From Patescibacteria group bacterium (GTDB lineage: Bacteria > Patescibacteriota > Microgenomatia > Levybacterales > UBA12049), in NCBI GenBank assembly GCA_035946335.1, contig DASYZL010000019.1, positions 12,414 through 76,413 on the forward strand: 64,000 bases of DNA, given 5' to 3'. Both the position numbers and the translations under genes were made by a program. The notes under the pieces were generated by a model. The model was not told the DNA's origin. It was given only the letters and a program-made list of their open reading frames with translations, and made no database searches. Shown piece by piece: positions 61,922-64,000 of this stretch (position 1 is the stretch's first letter; the number at the start of each line of letters is the position of its first letter).

Positions 61922-62857
61922 CTATTGTCTCTCTGCAAGATATCTTTCTATATCAAGTGCTGCCATGCAGCCGAATCCTGCGGCAGTTATCGCCTGCCGG
62001 TATCGCGCATCCTGCACATCTCCTGCGACAAAAACACCTTCCACATTTGTGCTGGTACTGTTTTTTTCCAAAATATATCCTCTTTCATTAACATCTATCC
62101 CCGGAAAAACCTTTGTATTTGGCGTGTGACCAATTGCAATAAATACCCCACTAACCGGTATTTCGCTTGTCTCATGTGTTTTGGCATGTATTACCTTAAT
62201 TTTTTCTACTGTTTGTTCCCCGATAATCTCCGTTATATCCGTGTTATACTGAATGCTGATTTTTTGATTTTTCTTCACTCTCTCCTGCATAATTTGGGAT
62301 GCGCGAAGCGTATCTCCACGATAGAGTATCGTTACATGAGAGGAAAAGTTAGCGAGAAAAATCGCTTCTTCCATAGCGCTGTCTCCACCACCGACAACGG
62401 CAACATGTTTGTTTTTGAAAAATGCCGCGTCACAGGTTGCACAGTACGAAACACCGTGGCCTGTCAGTTCTTTTTCGCCTGGAATACCCAGTGTTTTTGC
62501 ATCAGCGCCTGTTGCAATGAGTATTGTTTTCCCTGCTACTGCTTTTCCCCCAACAGTAATAGTAAATGGTGTACCTCTGGTTACGTCAGTCGGCGGTATG
62601 TCGTCGTCAAGAAAAACAGCGCCGAATTTTTCAGCCTGTTTACGCATTGCATGCATAAGCGCCGGTCCCTGAATACCATCAGGGAAACCGGGAAAATTTT
62701 CAACTTCAGTTGTCAACTGCAACTGTCCTCCCCACTTGCTTCCTGCAATAATAAGTGTCTTTAAGCAAGCCCGTGTGAGGTAAATCGCCGCAGTGAGCCC
62801 TGCGGGTCCGGAACCAATAATGATTACATCAAATAGTTCAGCCATAGAAGCATTCAT
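61922..62857 (-). CDS. trxB: Thioredoxin-disulfide reductase.
   Basis: 311 aa with FAD motif IIGSGPAGLTAA, redox CATCDAAFF and NADPH motif VVGGGDSAMEEA. Confidence 0.9.
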   Translation of the reverse strand: MNASMAELFDVIIIGSGPAGLTAAIYLTRACLKTLIIAGSKWGGQLQLTTEVENFPGFPDGIQGPALMHAMRKQAEKFGAVFLDDDIPPTDVTRGTPFTITVGGKAVAGKTILIATGADAKTLGIPGEKELTGHGVSYCATCDAAFFKNKHVAVVGGGDSAMEEAIFLANFSSHVTILYRGDTLRASQIMQERVKKNQKISIQYNTDITEIIGEQTVEKIKVIHAKTHETSEIPVSGVFIAIGHTPNTKVFPGIDVNERGYILEKNSTSTNVEGVFVAGDVQDARYRQAITAAGFGCMAALDIERYLAERQ

Positions 62858-63183
62858 GCGGCTAACACAGTATCGATAGTCTGCTTTATTGTCTCCTCAC
62901 TCTGCGCGCCAATAATTGATTTGACAACCTGACCTTTTTTGAAAAAAAGGAGAGTGGGTATACTCATGATACCGAATTGACCAGCAGTTTGTTGATTTTC
63001 ATCAACATTCAACTTGCCAACTTTAAGTTTTCCCTCATATATCGTTGCCATTTTTTCAACCAACGGGCTGATGATTTTACATGGACCGCACCAAGGTGCC
63101 CAAAAATCAACAAGCACCGGCAAGTCCTTTTCGTCTAATACCTGTTGTTTAAAAGTCTGGTCTGTCAATGTGATATCCGCCAT
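62854..63183 (-). CDS. trxA: Thioredoxin.
   Basis: 109 aa with WAPWCGPCK active site. Its stop overlaps the trxB start. Confidence 0.9.
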   Translation of the reverse strand: MADITLTDQTFKQQVLDEKDLPVLVDFWAPWCGPCKIISPLVEKMATIYEGKLKVGKLNVDENQQTAGQFGIMSIPTLLFFKKGQVVKSIIGAQSEETIKQTIDTVLAA

Positions 63184-63255
63184 GAGTCCATGGTAATACG
63201 GAAAGTATTTTTTTGCAAGAAGGTATTTTTAGGTAAGTAACTATAGAAAAAGTAC

Positions 63256-63930
63256 CTATTCTAGATCATCTCTTCGCGCATGCATATAAGAAAAGAACTG
63301 CTCTGAAAACATAAAAAGTGCTTTTAATGGCGCTTCGATAAGAAAATCAAAGATAAAAATGACAAAATTTACCTGCGAAATACCCTCTGTCAGATACATT
63401 CCGACCCGTACAATAGGAATAATAAGAAAGTCTACAAACGGAGTAAGTAATCCCTGCTTTTCATCAACTGAATAAGAGTGGGCTGTTAAATTGATTCTGT
63501 ACGACAGGAATGAAACAACGGTGAGGAAAAAGAGAAAGATCGCCTGGCTGACAGTGTCAAAATGTAAATCACGGAGAATTGAGATAACCAAACCAAAGCT
63601 TACTACAAACGCTAAAAGCCCCAAGAAACCAAAAATAATGGGAAGGAGCGACTTCTTTTTCGGTGGATGGACAAATAGTTTTAACGGAGGAATTATTTTC
63701 GGTTCTGATTCAAACAGGACCATGGATATTTTATCAAAAATCCGTTGTGAATTATCTTTGCCCGGTGTTTGAATAAATAAACTAGCAACTATCATCAGAA
63801 GTGGCGGGATTCCCATATTGATTCCCAGAGTTTCCCACATAAAATGACCATAACGCCACTTCTCATACGTTCCCTCCACACCAAAGGCAAAAACAGCTTT
63901 GGTTACAATAAGAAAAATGACGCTTCTCAC
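63256..63930 (-). CDS. Polytopic membrane protein (hypothetical).
   Basis: 224 aa with 5-6 hydrophobic helices and no recognisable catalytic motif. Confidence 0.4.
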   Translation of the reverse strand: MRSVIFLIVTKAVFAFGVEGTYEKWRYGHFMWETLGINMGIPPLLMIVASLFIQTPGKDNSQRIFDKISMVLFESEPKIIPPLKLFVHPPKKKSLLPIIFGFLGLLAFVVSFGLVISILRDLHFDTVSQAIFLFFLTVVSFLSYRINLTAHSYSVDEKQGLLTPFVDFLIIPIVRVGMYLTEGISQVNFVIFIFDFLIEAPLKALFMFSEQFFSYMHARRDDLE

Positions 63931-64000
63931 AATTGCTCTGTTTACTTTCGAGCGGACGCTTTTGTAACGGGCGTTGCATGCTGCGAAGACTTCTGCTTTG

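Overview
The window reads as a low-GC (~40%), gene-dense bacterial segment, and the features point to a Candidate Phyla Radiation / Patescibacteria-type genome. Those features are an unlinked tRNA-Ala–23S–5S cluster with no 16S, a 23S gene split by three self-splicing-type introns (two carrying single-motif LAGLIDADG homing endonucleases), two giant repeat-rich surface proteins (1722 and ~2650 aa), and a minimalist F-type ATP synthase operon. Housekeeping genes are mreB (partial), argS, leuS, ndk, rho, radA, rpsA, trxA/trxB, a DsbA/VKOR pair and an M16 peptidase. Accessory content is a Gram-positive-like cell-surface gene cluster (DUF916/WxL-like), a sortase, a small glycoside-hydrolase island with a frameshifted GH27 alpha-galactosidase, a PIN/HTH toxin–antitoxin pair, and six tRNAs, three of them tRNA-Ala isoacceptors. 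The most unusual points are: (i) an ATP synthase c-subunit carrying a ~200-aa N-terminal extracytoplasmic domain that recurs in both giant proteins, in an operon lacking atpB and with a truncated delta; (ii) a giant surface protein whose N-terminus carries two tandem phage-integrase-type SAM-like core-binding domains; (iii) a 1.2-kb non-coding gap ending in a strong intrinsic terminator. All calls come from reading the sequence and manual motif comparison. No database search was run.
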